A stretch of DNA of 64,000 nt, from the NCBI GenBank assembly GCA_951406725.2, contig OX597815.1, forward strand, positions 142,848,001-142,912,000, given 5' to 3'. Positions 25,359 to 40,039 of the stretch are shown here, one piece after another; position 1 is the stretch's first letter; each line of letters opens with the position of its first letter. Made by a program: the position numbers and the translations under genes. Below the pieces are notes generated by a model. The model was not told the DNA's origin, did no database searches, and saw nothing but the letters and a program-made list of their open reading frames with translations. This DNA comes from Octopus vulgaris (Eukaryota).

Positions 25359-27814
25359 AATGTATGTATGTCTCCATGTGTGTAAGTACTCTCACGGAAA
25401 GGCACACAGAAGATAGTGTAAGAGAGAGGGGTGAGGGAGGTAGAAAGACAAGGACTTGGAGAAAGAGAGAGAGGAAGAGAGTGAGAGATAGATGGCGACT
25501 TTATCTCATAAACATTTGACATATCAGAGAAAAACACTTCAAATGGCTACTTATACAGAGTCAAGAATCTTACAAAATTATTGTCTATTTTGGTGAAATG
25601 CCACGTTCCTATTGCTAGTGGATTTGGAGCAGTTCAAAAACAGTCAGTAATCATTCTAATCCTTAGCGTTTGTTTACTTTTCTACTAAAGACAATGATAA
25701 CAGACTATCCTTGCACCAGGTTTCAAATCAAATCTGCGCAGCAACAAAACGCAAATTCTCATCACCGTTAAAATATTCATTTTTAATTAATTCGAATGAG
25801 GAGCGTGTGAAGAAGTTATATCGTTAATGACATATTTACGCTATACTGAAACGACGACATGATTGTGTGTTGATATTCAGCATCGTAGTTCGCAGACTTT
25901 GTATATACAGTACACTTATACCATTTCTGAAAACCATCGTTAATCGTACCTGAGTTTATATAATGCACTATGTATGTAAGAAAAGTCACTTGATCAAAGA
26001 CCACTTGTTCAAATAATATACAATCCCTATTTTCAAGTCATACAGAACTACATTATCCGATATATCTTCTTTTCTACAGATCTTAATGCATGATTTCAGA
26101 CAGAATTAGCTGCTATTTCTCGTAGAGTATACGTATGAAACACATTTCTATGCACGTTGCAAGTACACAGTCTGAGATTTCCAATTTAAGAGCTGGAAAC
26201 GAAGGCCCTTCACAAGAAGTTAACATTGCCAGGAGGGAGATTATCAAACAACTTACTGATTTCAAGTGCGACGTTCTTTCCTCGTAGTTTTCAATATTAA
26301 GTCCCTAAAGTCATGAGAGTATGGATGTATGGTAGAAATACACAAACCTAAGCCAGAGTGGTAGGCAAAGCATGCAGAGATAAATCATCAAATTGATGTC
26401 ACTGTCGGCAATAGTTTCCTTCGCTTTTGAACAATTCCAGTTGTCAATGTGTTATTTGTTAGTTCAAGGCCAATGTCTGTTTTACTTTAACTATTATGGC
26501 GTAAGGTTTGCGAGAGGCACCTACGGAGAAATGGGAAGAAAAACATTTTTGGTAACATCGAAGCTCACTCCAGAACGCACATTTTGAGGGCGTTGAAAGG
26601 GATATCAACAAATCCAGTACTTTCTTTATTTTAAATACCTGATTTGAGAGAAACTTACGCATGAAGAGAATATGAAAGGAATGTGAATCAGGATATGAAG
26701 TAATGAGCTGAAGTAGGGTTGTTTATGGCAAGTTGGTGATGAACCCAACCAAAACACCCTTCGTTGGAGGGTACATAGCATTTGAAATAGAGGACTCCAC
26801 CACTCCACAAATAGTACTTTGCAAATATCTTGGATCGGTAAAGGAGGAGAAATTCTATGCAGCCGCTTGGCAGGTAGACAAGCGGATTGATGGATAGATA
26901 CATAGATCGATAGATAGATAGACAGATAGAGAGAGATAGAGAGAGGGAGGGAGGGAGGCCAAGAAATGGGAGGGAATAGACATGGTGGTGATATTCATTG
27001 AAGGAATCTGGAAGACAAATATAATTTATTGTTCTGGCATATAGAATAGATAAAGATTTTCTTCAATTTGTTTTCGGTTCTGCAGCAATATAGCTAAATT
27101 AATTTGTAACATAATTTTGAGATTAAAACGATTGATATTTGCTTTGAGAAGAATTATTAAACTCACAGCTATGAAAGCAGTCATTCAGTAAACGATTAAT
27201 TCGGGCAAATAGCTTGAGAAAAGATATGTCTGTGCATTTGTGCCTGTGCATGTATGTGTGTTGACGTGTGTGAGTACGTTATACACGGAAGACTGTATAT
27301 GATCACACGAGTGTAGCATATGTAAATCTCCATAGTAAATCACTTTCGAGATGAGTTTGCTTATATATCAGCTGTCATTATTTATATAAATGGTGATAAA
27401 ATATGATTCACCATAAGAATAATGAAATTTAGCTAGGATTCTTTTTTTCTCCTTTTTTGAACTATCTCCGGAGTTACATGCTAAGATGTTCAGAAGAAAA
27501 AGAGTGTATATTTAACCCCTCTCTGAGATATTACTTCCTAAAAAACGAAACATAAATTTCTACCTAATCTCATAAATTAGTCAACAATTTATCGTTTATC
27601 TTTATCTTTCAAATGCCATGCTATTTTTTTTTTTATAGTTTATATAGAATCCTATCCTAAATAAACAGAACTACAAATGGGATGATAAATGCTCTGCAGC
27701 AACTTGGGAGATAGACAGACAGGTATACATATAGAAAGATAGATATATATATAACAGCCTGCACATGCCATAATTCTTATATTCTTGATCAACTCCTTAA
27801 TCAGGATTGATTTT

Positions 27815-28890
27815 GAGATGAACAACAGCTCACCTTTTGCAGAATTTTTAGATCGCCGCGTAAAATATTTTACGTTGTTAAATTACAGTATTTTATGGTC
27901 TGAGTTCACCGACTTCAACCTTGTTTTCCTGCCTTCTGTGCCGATAAAATGTTGTTCTAGAAACAATGGTATTCAATAACCTCACAAAATTCAAAATTCC
28001 TGCCTTTGTTACAGATAAGTATTAATATTATCATTGATTAAATGGTGGCGAACTAGCAGAATCATTAACGCGTCGGACAAAATGCTCGGCCACATTTCGT
28101 CCGGATCTTTGCGCTATGAGCTCAAATAATGCCGAGATCACCTTTGCTTTTCATCATTCCGGGGTCGATAAAATAAGTACCAGTGAAACACTTGAGTCGA
28201 TGTAATCGACTTATCCCCTCCTCCTAAATTACTGGACTTGTGCCAAAATTTGAAATCAGTATTATTATTCATTAGAAGGAAGTGAGCTAGCAGAATGGTT
28301 ATTGCGTTGGACAAAATATTGATTTCCATTTCTTCCAGTTTTCTACGTTCTCAACCCAAATCGTACAGAGGTCAACTTCACATTTCGAGGTTGATGTAAC
28401 TAACTTGCTAACTCCACTCAAAATTCCTAGCCTTCTGTCTCAATTAGAAACCATTAGTAATATTATTGCAAAAGCGAAGGCAGCGAACTGGCAGATTTGT
28501 TAGCCCATCTTTATGTTTGGAGTTCGAATTCAGCCGAAATCTACTTCACTTTCATCTTTACGGGGGTAGATAAAATAAATACTAGTCCAGCACTAGGGTC
28601 GATGTAATCGACTAAAACGCCTTCCCGAAATTACTGGCCTCGTGCCAAAATTTAAAGCCAATATTATTGCAAAAGCGAGCTGGCAGAATCGTTAATGCTT
28701 TGGAGAGAATGCGTAGGAACATTTCTTCCGGCTCTTTACACACTGAAGTTAAATTCCGCTGAGGACTGCTTTGCTTTTCATGTTTTTGAGTGGATAAATT
28801 AAGTACTAGTTGAGCACTGCAGTCGACGTAATCGATTTATCTTCGTTCCTAAAATGCAAAGCGTTTTGCTAAAATTTGAAACCATTATCT
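27815..28890 (+). mobile_element. Head-to-tail cluster of about 5 diverged SINE family A copies
   Basis: Repeated head (~28042, 28277, 28478, 28675), gtcgatgtaatcgact and tttgaaacca..ttatt tails. Confidence 0.8.
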
Positions 28891-29489
28891 TATCTTATGG
28901 GGATGATATCCTTGATATTGTTCGATTGTCTTTTGGGTGGGGTGAAATTCATTATATAGTACTGTTTTAATAAAGATGAACGTTTGTGAACATAATTGCA
29001 GAGAAACAAATCAAGAGAAAGCAGTGCAAGTCATGATATGGGTGAAAATCTTGTTATATACGCAATGAATAAAAGATTAATCGAGTTTCAGATTGTTACA
29101 TTATGGAAATTGGATAGACATGTCCGGATACATTTACTGTTTAGACTTCGGATTGCGTGACTTGTTTCATAATATTTATAGAATATATTTACACCTGTTT
29201 ATTATCTAGTTCTTCACAATATCACTTATCCTCACTTCAATGGTGACAGTGATGTAGTGTCATATATAATATAGACAGTTTCCTTTGAATTTATTTAGAA
29301 TGTACGCAGTGCCTTTTCAACTTACTTCACAATCACAAATATACATGCATAGATGTACGCACAACACACATATTATCATACATATAGAGGTATGTACAAG
29401 AATAATTGCCACTATACGTATATACATGGATGTGTCCACGTATAATAAAGAAAGAGGATGTGTCCACGTATGTGTGTACACACACACAA

Positions 29490-29557
<68 letters not shown>

Positions 29558-29869
29558 GGAGGCGCAATGGCCCAGTGGTTAGGGCAGCGGACTCGCGGTC
29601 GTAGGATCGCGGTTTCGATTCCCAGAGCGGGCCTTGTGAGTGTTTATTGAGCGAAAACACCTAAAAACTCCACGAGGCTCCGACAGGGGGTGGTGGCGAT
29701 CCCTGCTGTACTCTTTCGCCACAACTTTCTCTCATTCTTTCTTCTGTTGGCCTGCTCGCTTAGCCAGCGGGGTGGCGTCATTCGAAGGCTAAAACAATGC
29801 GAAGCGCATTGTGACCAGCGATGTGTAGCAACATCTGATGGTCTGGTCGGTCACGGTGATCACGGTGAT
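29558..29869 (+). mobile_element. SINE family C copy (short-tail variant)
   Basis: tRNA-like head; tail ending ggtcggtcacggtgat; flanked by (TA)n. Confidence 0.88.
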
Positions 29870-30128
29870 ATATATATATATATATTTATATTTATATTTA
29901 TATATACGCATATATAAATCTGTATGGATGGATGGATGGAGGTAATACGCATTAGTACTAAATACACGGGTACTACTCAGAGTTCCATGTTTAAAGCTGG
30001 CCTGCAGATAAGGGTTCGAAGCAAATTGTATTGACAGTATCCAAGAATATAATGTTTTTATATTTTCTGCTTTACCTTCTATTGAATGCTCTGTTACTCA
30101 AGAGATATACAAATATATAAATACATAC

Positions 30129-30347
30129 AAGGCGGTGAGCTTTCAGAATCGTTAGCACGCCGGCCGAAAAGCTTAGCGGTGTTTCGTCTGCTGCAACGTT
30201 CTGAGTTCAAACTCCGCTGAGGTCGACTTTGCCTTTCATCCTTTCAGGGTCGGATAAATTAAGAACCAGTTGCGTACTAGGGTCGACCTAATCGACTGGC
30301 CTCCACCCCCAAAATTTCAGCCCTTGTACCTATAGTAGAAAGGATTA
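30129..30347 (+). mobile_element. SINE family A copy
   Basis: Full head and core. Confidence 0.85.
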
Positions 30348-30356
30348 TACACACAC

Positions 30357-30414
<58 letters not shown>

Positions 30415-30418
30415 ATAT

Positions 30419-30471
<53 letters not shown>

Positions 30472-30687
30472 TCCGTCCCTCTCTTTCTTTATATGTGTCT
30501 CTATGTGCGTTTGTTTCAAGTACATATGTTAATTTAATTTTCGCCTGATAACCTTTCACACGAATAAGTATATGTTTTGTTTACCGATACGGTATTTGAC
30601 AATCCATTGGCGTTACAATATTGTTATATTTAGGAATGGTCATATTGCCAGTTTAGCCAATAAATCTTGCACAACAAATATTTAAAC

Positions 30688-30722
<35 letters not shown>

Positions 30723-31716
30723 TGATGGAGAAACCTGCTTATTAATTAGGTATGTAACAGTTACTAAAAGAAAGCAATTATTAAAGGCTTGACAGTTTGG
30801 AAATATTTTCTATACATTCATGTTCCTAAAGATCATTTCTGAAGATTATTGAATATTTGAACTACAGGTTTTTCACAAATTTAAATATTCGTTGCATTTA
30901 CTGCGGAGAAGATTTAATAAACGATATTACTTCGTTGCAGGCGAAAATTTCTGTTTTCATATGCAACAGTCCCTCACACTCTCTCACCTCCTTTTTTCAT
31001 TAATGATAATTTAATATATATTTTCGTCTGTCATCACGTTCTGAGTTCAAATGCCTGCGGGATCGACTTTAACTTTCGTCATTTTGAGGTCGATAAATTA
31101 AATACCAGTTCTGCACTGGGGCCGATCTAATCGACTTAATCCCTTCGCCCAAATTTGAGGCCTTGTGCTTCCAGTAGATAATTTAATATATATTCATCTC
31201 AATGTTTCCATTTCAAGTTTTAATTTGCTATTTGCAAACCCACAGTTTATTCTATATACGTTATGTAAAAAAAACATTTATTGAATGAATGAATGCTATC
31301 AGACAAAATAGCTGTATAATTCTGAGGCTTATTTTTGATGAAATGAATTTTTTTTAATACACAGGTATGATTTTTTTTTTTTAATTAACAAATGATTTTG
31401 TTGGTAGGGTTGTTTAGAATATTATAAGCCTTACAATAAACTATGTGATCGCTGCCATTTCTAGGACGCTAAAACTTGAAGTTTGTTTAAATTACAGATA
31501 TATTAAAACTACGATAAATTACTAAAAGAAATATTTACTAAGCAAATGAGAATCTTTTATAAATTGATGTTTTCAGGAAAATTTACTATTATTATTGAAT
31601 ATTTGATGTTCACAAATTTAAATGATCGGTACAAGATAGTTTTTAACGAGATTTTATTTATACGATTTTTTATTTCATGTTTATTTCATTCATTGTTTAC
31701 AATGATCTCTCTCCCC

Positions 31717-31771
<55 letters not shown>

Positions 31772-32460
31772 ATTCTCTCTCTGTAATATAAAGATACACA
31801 CATTCCAGATCTTAGTAGCAGAAACCGCCCAGAAGACGGTCTTTCTGCTAGTATATATAATGTATACGCCCTGTTGATGGTCCATTTGCTGCAGTATTTT
31901 TCCTTAGAGAACATCTTATTAGGTTTAAAACAATAAATATCAGAGAGAAGCCATTCTAGCGGTAATCAGCGTTGTGTGGCGGTGAGCGGCGGCCAGCGGC
32001 AGCCAGTGATATGCCCAGATGCATTTTAGCTTTTAGGGATTTTTTTTTTCTATGGTAGGTAATCGCAGGTTGATGGATGCTCGGGCGAGAATTCTTCGTC
32101 TCTGATATATCGAAAAAGTGAATAAAACATTCACTGACGTTGTGAATAACCGCCCGATGGTTAGAATTCCGATATACACAATTCAGGCACTATTTAATTA
32201 AAATACTAATCTGGATGCCGTACTTAATATATACACACTGTCCTGCCGATAGTCCACTAACTGCAGTGTTTGTCCTGAAGCAACATCTACGGACTTGCTG
32301 TGTTCAGAACAAGACCGTGTATATCAGAGAGGTTTGAAAATTCTTTCTAAAAGTGGCCGGTAAGCGTGCTCTGTATATACCAATATGCCTTTCCCGGAAA
32401 ACATCTATTCGTCAGTCTACCTATCTATGTATTTGTCTATCCAAATACCAGTCAATTTAC

Positions 32461-33406
32461 AGCAGAATTCCGCTTTAAGCACTCCGTATAATATTTTATA
32501 AGGTTTTTTTTTTTTTTGAGCATTTTCATAAAATTTTGCTTATTTGTATTCTGCATATGAGAATTCATATGGTTATGAAAAAAGAGTTTTTCTGAATTTT
32601 TTTGATTTTTTTTTAAATATCTCGATTTTTAAAAAGCTCAGAGTTTAGAATAAGGATACTTTGAATTTTTTGCTTAAATCTCAGTGTGTGTGTTTGTACC
32701 CCTAGCATTGCTTGACAACTGATGCTGGTGTGTTTACGTCCCCGTCACTTAGCGGTTCGGCAAAAAAGACCGATAAAATAAGTACTGGGCTTACAAAGAA
32801 TAAGTTGCCCGATAAGTTGGTCGAGTTGCTCGATTGAAGGCGGTGCTCCAGCATGGCCGCAGTCAAATGACTGAAACAAGTAAAAGAGTAAAAGAGTAAT
32901 AGACCATTAAATGTGTTTATGGGGAAAAAGATATTTATTTCTTCATTGCCCATAGGGGGCTAAACATAGATGGGACAAACAAGGACAGACAAAGGGGTTA
33001 AGTCCGATTACATCGACCCCAATGCGCAACTGGTACTTATTTAATTGACCCCGAAAGAATGAAAGGCAAAGTTGACCTCGGCGGCTTTTGAACTCAGAAC
33101 GTAACGTCAGACGAAATACCGCTAAATATTTCGTCCTAACGATTCTGCCAGCTCGCCACCCCATGGGAGGAAAGATATTGAAAAACATCAATGCGTCAGA
33201 GTGACAAAGAAATGACGAGGGTATCAGTTGGTCGTGATACGTGCTATAAACAACAGCTAAACTGCCCTTAAATGACACACAACTTTTTATGCCTATTCGT
33301 ATGAATTCCCGCGAGTAAAATACAAATACGCAAAGATTTTTTGAAAATACCCGAAATTTTAAAATTATGAGGAGTTTTATGGAGGGCTTAAACCAGAATT
33401 CCGCCC
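32461..33406. mobile_element. MITE-like element with ~40 bp TIRs and nested SINEs
   Basis: gcagaattccgctttaagcactccgtata vs the reverse complement gcggaattctggtttaagccctccataaa; contains a SINE B tail (32683-32897) and a SINE A (32935-33160, minus). Confidence 0.55.
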
Positions 33407-34207
33407 ATTTTATTTCTTTGTTTGAGACAGATATCTAAGTTTCTATATGTCTCTGTTACCTCAGTTACCAATGCTGGTAGATATGAAGCTCTAGATTAGC
33501 AACAAAACTCATAATGTCTCGTATACTTTCCTATTATTTTTTATACGTATAATTGGATAATTGTCAGCTATTGTATTTTCTCACGTCTATAAAACTCTTT
33601 TAACTGCAAAGACGCCATAACCACAAATTAAAAATATTTTTCTCAAGCATAACCTTTACATATAACATTATGTTTTCTTACCACCTTCATCAATGGTCTA
33701 TAAAAAAACATCGTCTTAGAAAAAAATGATATCTATACGCCAGCTAGTCCAGAAAGCAAAGCCATAAACATTGTAATCAACCAAAATATCTATGATTTAA
33801 AGCAGTGCCTAAATGTAAGGCATGTTTATTAGTGTATTCGACTCTCGTAAAATTAAGTCAACATACAAAAAAAAAAAAAAGCTAGTACCTTGACTGTTGA
33901 TATGTGTCTGAAATATAACAATCATATCTCTTGGTGGAAGCTGTTGAATATCTCCTCGTTGTATTTTGACATTAAATATCATTTCTAGTGGTGTATGTTA
34001 ATATAGTAAATTTGAATATAAAATGATTGTACTGACATCACAGCTGCCTCACATATTTAGGATATACTGTAGTGTAGTGCTCCTTGTATAAACTCGTATA
34101 TAATAGCAGGACTTTACTGATGGCAGCAGTCTTTCTCTACTCCGTCGATGAAGACAACACTTATGATAACGAGATACCTGTTGCTTGGTCCATACATAAT
34201 ATATGCA

Positions 34208-34268
<61 letters not shown>

Positions 34269-34468
34269 GCGTGTGTCTGTGTATATTTTTATATGCTGAC
34301 AAAGAAACTCCGCTTTATAAATAGCTACTGTATTAGACCAAGACGGTTTTTTTTTTTTTTTTACTAAAACCTTCAATCATCTTCGTATGTCTTGATACAT
34401 GGTAAAGATAATGTATGTATTTTATATAATTAATTTGTGCTCGGTGTGCACACAAAAGTGAATAGGTT

Positions 34469-34504
<36 letters not shown>

Positions 34505-34756
34505 TGTGTGTGCTTGTGTGTACGTGTGCGTGTGTGTTGTGTGTGTGTGTGTGTATGTGTATGTGCATGTATGGGTGTGTGTGTGTATGTGTGGAACCAA
34601 ATATTGTTTGAAATAGCGTGACTAAATGTTTAGATATTTGTGATATACCGCAACATCCTACAAAAATTATTGAAGGCTTGACTGTAACATAGCATTCCTG
34701 TTGGGAATATACATCACTTACAGATAACATAGGACTGTCATTGAAATGAATGACAC

Positions 34757-34808
<52 letters not shown>

Positions 34809-34884
34809 GTAGCAAAAAATTCAAGAAAAATTTTCGCCACCAGCGGTCTAGTGAGAAAGAGAAATAGTCACAGACTATATATAT

Positions 34885-35080
34885 ATATAAATTCTACAAT
34901 ATTAAGGAATGGGCCTGATAGGCCATTCGACCCACTAGAAAGAGCAGCCAAACTCAAACCGCTAAATAGTTGTAATTCTGAAACCAAAGGAGAAATAAAA
35001 ACATTTACCCTTATCATCTTTGGACTATGCATAATTTCGACACTTTGGTAATGGCCTATCAGGGCAATTCCTTAATATTG

Positions 35081-35090
<10 letters not shown>
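34885..35090. repeat. Short foldback with ~40 bp inverted arms in (TA)n
   Basis: attctacaatattaaggaatgggcctgataggccatt vs aatggcctatcagggcaattccttaatattgttgaat. Confidence 0.75.
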
Positions 35091-35115
<25 letters not shown>

Positions 35116-35659
35116 GTGACCGCACCAGTTGAATACTGTGATCGATGCAAGCGTCCTAACTCTACCGCCCCCTCCTGAAATCGCAGGCCTTTTGCAAAAA
35201 TTTGAAAGCAATATAATTCATATACCACCAAGCAGGATTTCGCCGCTCTTTGAACAGTTGTCTTTCTAAATGATAACAATACATGTAAAGTCATAGTTTC
35301 ATTTCTAAGGGACCATATTCTTTCTCTCATCTTCTTTTCATGAATGTCTCTGTTCAGTATTTTTGTCTGTACGTTCTTTTATTTCAGTTTCCTTATTTCG
35401 GTCTCAGCCATGTATGCCAACAGTTTCACCCTCCAATACTTTAGTGGGAAACAAGTAAGAGATACAAAGATTCATCATGTAAAATCCGAGATAATTTGAA
35501 GTTTCATTCGTACTCATTAGTTCGTAACATAACATCATTCTTAAATATTCTTCATTTTGTTATGCTTACTATCCTAAACCTAAATATGATATGAATAAAG
35601 TTTCCTGAAGTAAGTACCAAAATCTTCAAAGGATTGTGCGTGTCTGTTAAAATATACAT

Positions 35660-35860
35660 TGGTTTCAAAATTGGAACAAGACCAGAAATTTCGGGAGAGG
35701 AAGCAAGTTGATTACATTGACCCCAGTTCTCATCCGAAAGTATGAAAGGCACAATTGATCTCAGAAGGATGGCGTTATATGAAACTTAGAACGAAAAGAC
35801 AAACGAAATGCTGCTGAACAGTTTGACCGGCGTTCTTACGATTCTGCCAGCTTGCCTCTT
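35660..35860 (-). mobile_element. Degenerate SINE family A copy
   Basis: atgaaaggc..gatctc; acgattctgccagcttgcc. Confidence 0.7.
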
Positions 35861-36365
35861 TTCTTGTCAAAAACGTATATTGAAGATAGAAGGTGGTACG
35901 TAACCCCGTAGCTAATGTAATGTTTCGTGGGTACATTCTTTGATAAATTAGGTGCAAATATTAAAATCAACATTGCCCAATCGACTGATAAATTTAAATA
36001 CAAAATTTCACATTAGTTAGAGAGAAACGAAATAAATATTTCTTGCTAAGATCATTTATTTATTTGTCGGTTATAACGATTTATATAGCTACCAGAGATA
36101 AGATATTTCTCATGTTTGCATGTTGTTAAGGAAACGTATTAAAGACAGAATACCTTCAGAAAAAGAAAGTTAGTAGTTAATACGATTCATTAAATATGAA
36201 TCTTGCGAGTTTTCTATCCACAGAGATCGTACTTTTACAAGTGTCTTCGTATGTTGTAAGAGATTTTAGAAAACCAGATTATCAAGTGCATACATACAAC
36301 ACGCACATATATACATGCATATATGCATATACATATTCTAAAACACACACAAATAGATAAACAGG

Positions 36366-36399
<34 letters not shown>

Positions 36400-36425
36400 C
36401 ATACATACATACATACATACATACA

Positions 36426-36456
<31 letters not shown>

Positions 36457-37042
36457 GTACACTCACACGCATACACATATGCGGCTTATTTTATTATCAG
36501 AACAAGGATTAAGCGTATAGCAAAGAATACAGCTATATAGCTGAGCATGGAACAGATAAAGGAGATGGAAAATAAACATACATAAGAAACTGAGAGATAA
36601 GGTAGATAAGAAGATGAAAATGGCGAAGACATTAAGGAAGAATATTAGGAATTGTTACGATACGCTATCTTCCGTTTTGTATAGTGCAAGTAGTTATGAG
36701 ATATTCAAGCATAAAAATAACTTATGTACGATATAATGCGCGAGTCAACTTTGTGTAATTAGAGTGCGTACAATGACATTTCCTGATTGAAACTGAAGAA
36801 AATGACAAAGGTGAGAGACGAATGCTTGAATCAGTTTTGGGGGGATTTTATATAAAAGTTAATAGGATTCATGTTTAATTATATATATATATATATAATT
36901 AAACATTATTTTAGAAAGAAGACCAGACCTTACTTGTAGGCAGTTGTGACAGAAATTAAAGAATCAGTTCTTTATATGACTATATTTCTACCTCTTGTGT
37001 CCACGACCCAGTGTGTTATGAATACTCTGTCGTCGTAATAGG

Positions 37043-37277
37043 TCTCTTTTACTTGTTTCAGTCATTTGACTTCGGCCATGCTGGAGCACCGGCTTCAGTC
37101 GAGCAAATCGACCCAAGGACTTATTCTTTATAAGCCTAGTAGTTATTCTATCGGTCTCTTTTGCCGAACTGCTAAGTGACGGGGACGTAAATACACCACC
37201 ATCGGTTGTCAAGCGATGTTGGGGGACAAACATAGACACACAAACATATACACACACACACGCACACACACACACAC

Positions 37278-37309
<32 letters not shown>

Positions 37310-37425
37310 CTCACGTGATCACGTGACCGACCAGACCATCAGATGTTGTTACACATCGCTGGTCACAATGCGTTTGCATTGTTTTAGCCTTTGAATGACG
37401 CCACCCCGCTGGCTAAGCGAGCAGG

Positions 37426-37462
<37 letters not shown>

Positions 37463-37624
37463 TACAGGCTTCTTTCAGTTTCCGCCTACCAAATCCTCTC
37501 TCAAGGCTTTGGTCGGCCCGAGGCTATGGTAGAAGACACTTGCACAAGGTGCCATGCAGTGGGAATGAAACCGGAACCATGTGATTGGTAAGCAAGCTAC
37601 TTACCAGACAGCCACTCCTGCACC
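37043..37624 (-). mobile_element. SINE family B with a nested SINE C tail (37311-37429)
   Basis: Reverse complement of the 24394 element, interrupted in its TA tract. Confidence 0.8.
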
Positions 37625-38210
37625 TATGGTACCAGTTTCGTACTGGGGTCGATCTATTCGACTGGCTCCCTCCACAAAAACTTTGGGCCTTGTGCCTAGA
37701 GTAGAAAAGTACACTGTCGTCGTAAATGAGAGAAGTTGTTCTGTGGCGTAAACACCCACGACGTAGTATATTCTACATTCAAATTTTTGTGAACGCATGG
37801 CAAATAAATAAACAAAGCATCGCCTCTTCTCATATATATATGTATTATGCTTTTGGAACATGTTGAAGAAAATTTTTAATTTTTTCGCCCCATTGAATAT
37901 ATGTGAATGTATAGGTGGATAAGACTGCGTGTATTCATAAATGCATTTATATACACACGCATTATTTCATCAGCATTTTTCATTATTTTTATCAATATTT
38001 CTGTTCAGTCATGTGAAAATCTATTATTTGTTATGTACAAACACTTACTTCACTCCCACACAAATCGATAATGCTTTTTTTAAAGATGAAATTGATTTTC
38101 TGGTGCTCATAGTTGTTCATTCCAGAGGTAGTACTGATCCCAAGGGACTTCTGGATATATGCTGTTATATGTGTTTTGTATATCTGTACATGAGTATCAA
38201 TATATTATAG

Positions 38211-38283
<73 letters not shown>

Positions 38284-39092
38284 TCGATGCATGTACAAAA
38301 ACACACGCATACACACACACGCGCGCGCACACACATATATATATAGCATCGCGTTTGACATTAACATTTATCACCTTTTGTTACTAACATAATTACAGAT
38401 AACTATATTTTTCTACTTTGTGTTTTGATAAGAACTGAAGTTCTTAAATCCTAACTAAAATAAATATACATTGATTTTATATTAAAGATTCTATCAATTC
38501 TGACGCACTTTAAGAGATCACACACATAAAACACACTGTTCGTGTAATGATGTGGGCGTGAGTTCAATATAGCCTTACTAATAAATGTCTTCCTCTGATA
38601 GACAATCTCTGGTTTGATAGATTGGTCTCTATCATTTCATTGTTTCTAATAATATACTACGCTTCGGAAATATTTCATGAATTTAAGGCATGAAATTTTG
38701 CATGAAAAAGTACATTATTTCACATCAATTTATGAAACTATTCAATATCGGAAAAAGCATAAACATTCTTCCTCTTATTTCATCTACATCTATACATAGT
38801 TTGACTACTTACATATATAACTATGCATGGAAGTAGGGGACACTTTCTTCTATAATAGCTCAACGCTCAGTTTCGGCTATTTCCGTAGCCGTCTTCTGTA
38901 AGAACCGCTCCTTCGGTAGATTCTGGACCAATTCTCTGCCAGTGTATATGTATTTACTATAAAAAATTATGGATGATTTAGCAGATGTATAGTGTTGTAT
39001 CTTGACAACCTTAGTCAAGTTTAGCGACAATTATATTTCCCTTTATGGTATCACATGGTACAGTTGTTTATTTTTATTTATACATTAGCAAC

Positions 39093-39130
<38 letters not shown>

Positions 39131-39134
<4 letters not shown>

Positions 39135-39417
39135 CGTGATCACCGTTGCAGCAAATCGCTGCTCACAATGCGCATCGCATTGTTTTAGCCTTCATATGAC
39201 GCCACCCCGCTGGCGAAGCGAGCAGGCCAACAGAAAAAAGAGTGAGAGAAAGTTGTGACGAAAGAGTACAGCACGGATCGCCACCACCCCTGCCGGACCC
39301 TCGTGGAGCTTTAGGTGTTTTCACTCAATAAACACTCACAACGCCCGGGCTGGGAATCGAAACCGCGATCCTACGACAGCGAGTCCGCTGCCCGAACCAC
39401 TGGGCCATTGCGTTTCC
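39131..39417 (-). mobile_element. SINE family C copy
   Basis: Reverse complement of the 29558 element. Confidence 0.85.
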
Positions 39418-39432
39418 ACACACACACACACA

Positions 39433-39521
<89 letters not shown>

Positions 39522-39523
39522 GT

Positions 39524-39590
<67 letters not shown>

Positions 39591-39595
39591 CATAT

Positions 39596-39702
<107 letters not shown>

Positions 39703-39819
39703 TATTTTTATATATACATACATATATTAAATACATACACACACATATATTTATACATACATACATATTTTTTTTTTCTAGTTTCAGCTCAGAGCTGCGG
39801 CCATGCTGATGCACCACCG

Positions 39820-39872
<53 letters not shown>

Positions 39873-39901
39873 TTTTTTTCATATATATATATATATATAT
39901 A

Positions 39902-40035
39902 TAGGGAGAGTTTTAAGAAAAATAACAAAAGACGAAGACTGGTGGTGTACAAAACAAACAGATGTATTAGTATAACGCTCAGGAATAGAAAAAGCCTTTT
40001 ACTTTTCGAGCCTACACTCTCCTACAGAAAGGGAG
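39902..40035 (-). mobile_element. Penelope pseudo-LTR-like fragment homologous to 62683-62830
   Basis: Shared aacaaaagacgaag..ggtgg..aacaaac..tgtattagtat..cgctcaggaa..tttcgagcctac.ctct. Confidence 0.6.
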
Positions 40036-40039
40036 AACA

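Noticed and set aside
26400-26860. Possible transposase fragment
   Set aside because: No diagnostic motif found in any frame.
34084-34269. Possible small exon (LLMAAVFLYSVDEDN..)
   Set aside because: No recognisable domain or convincing splice pair; runs into (TG)n.
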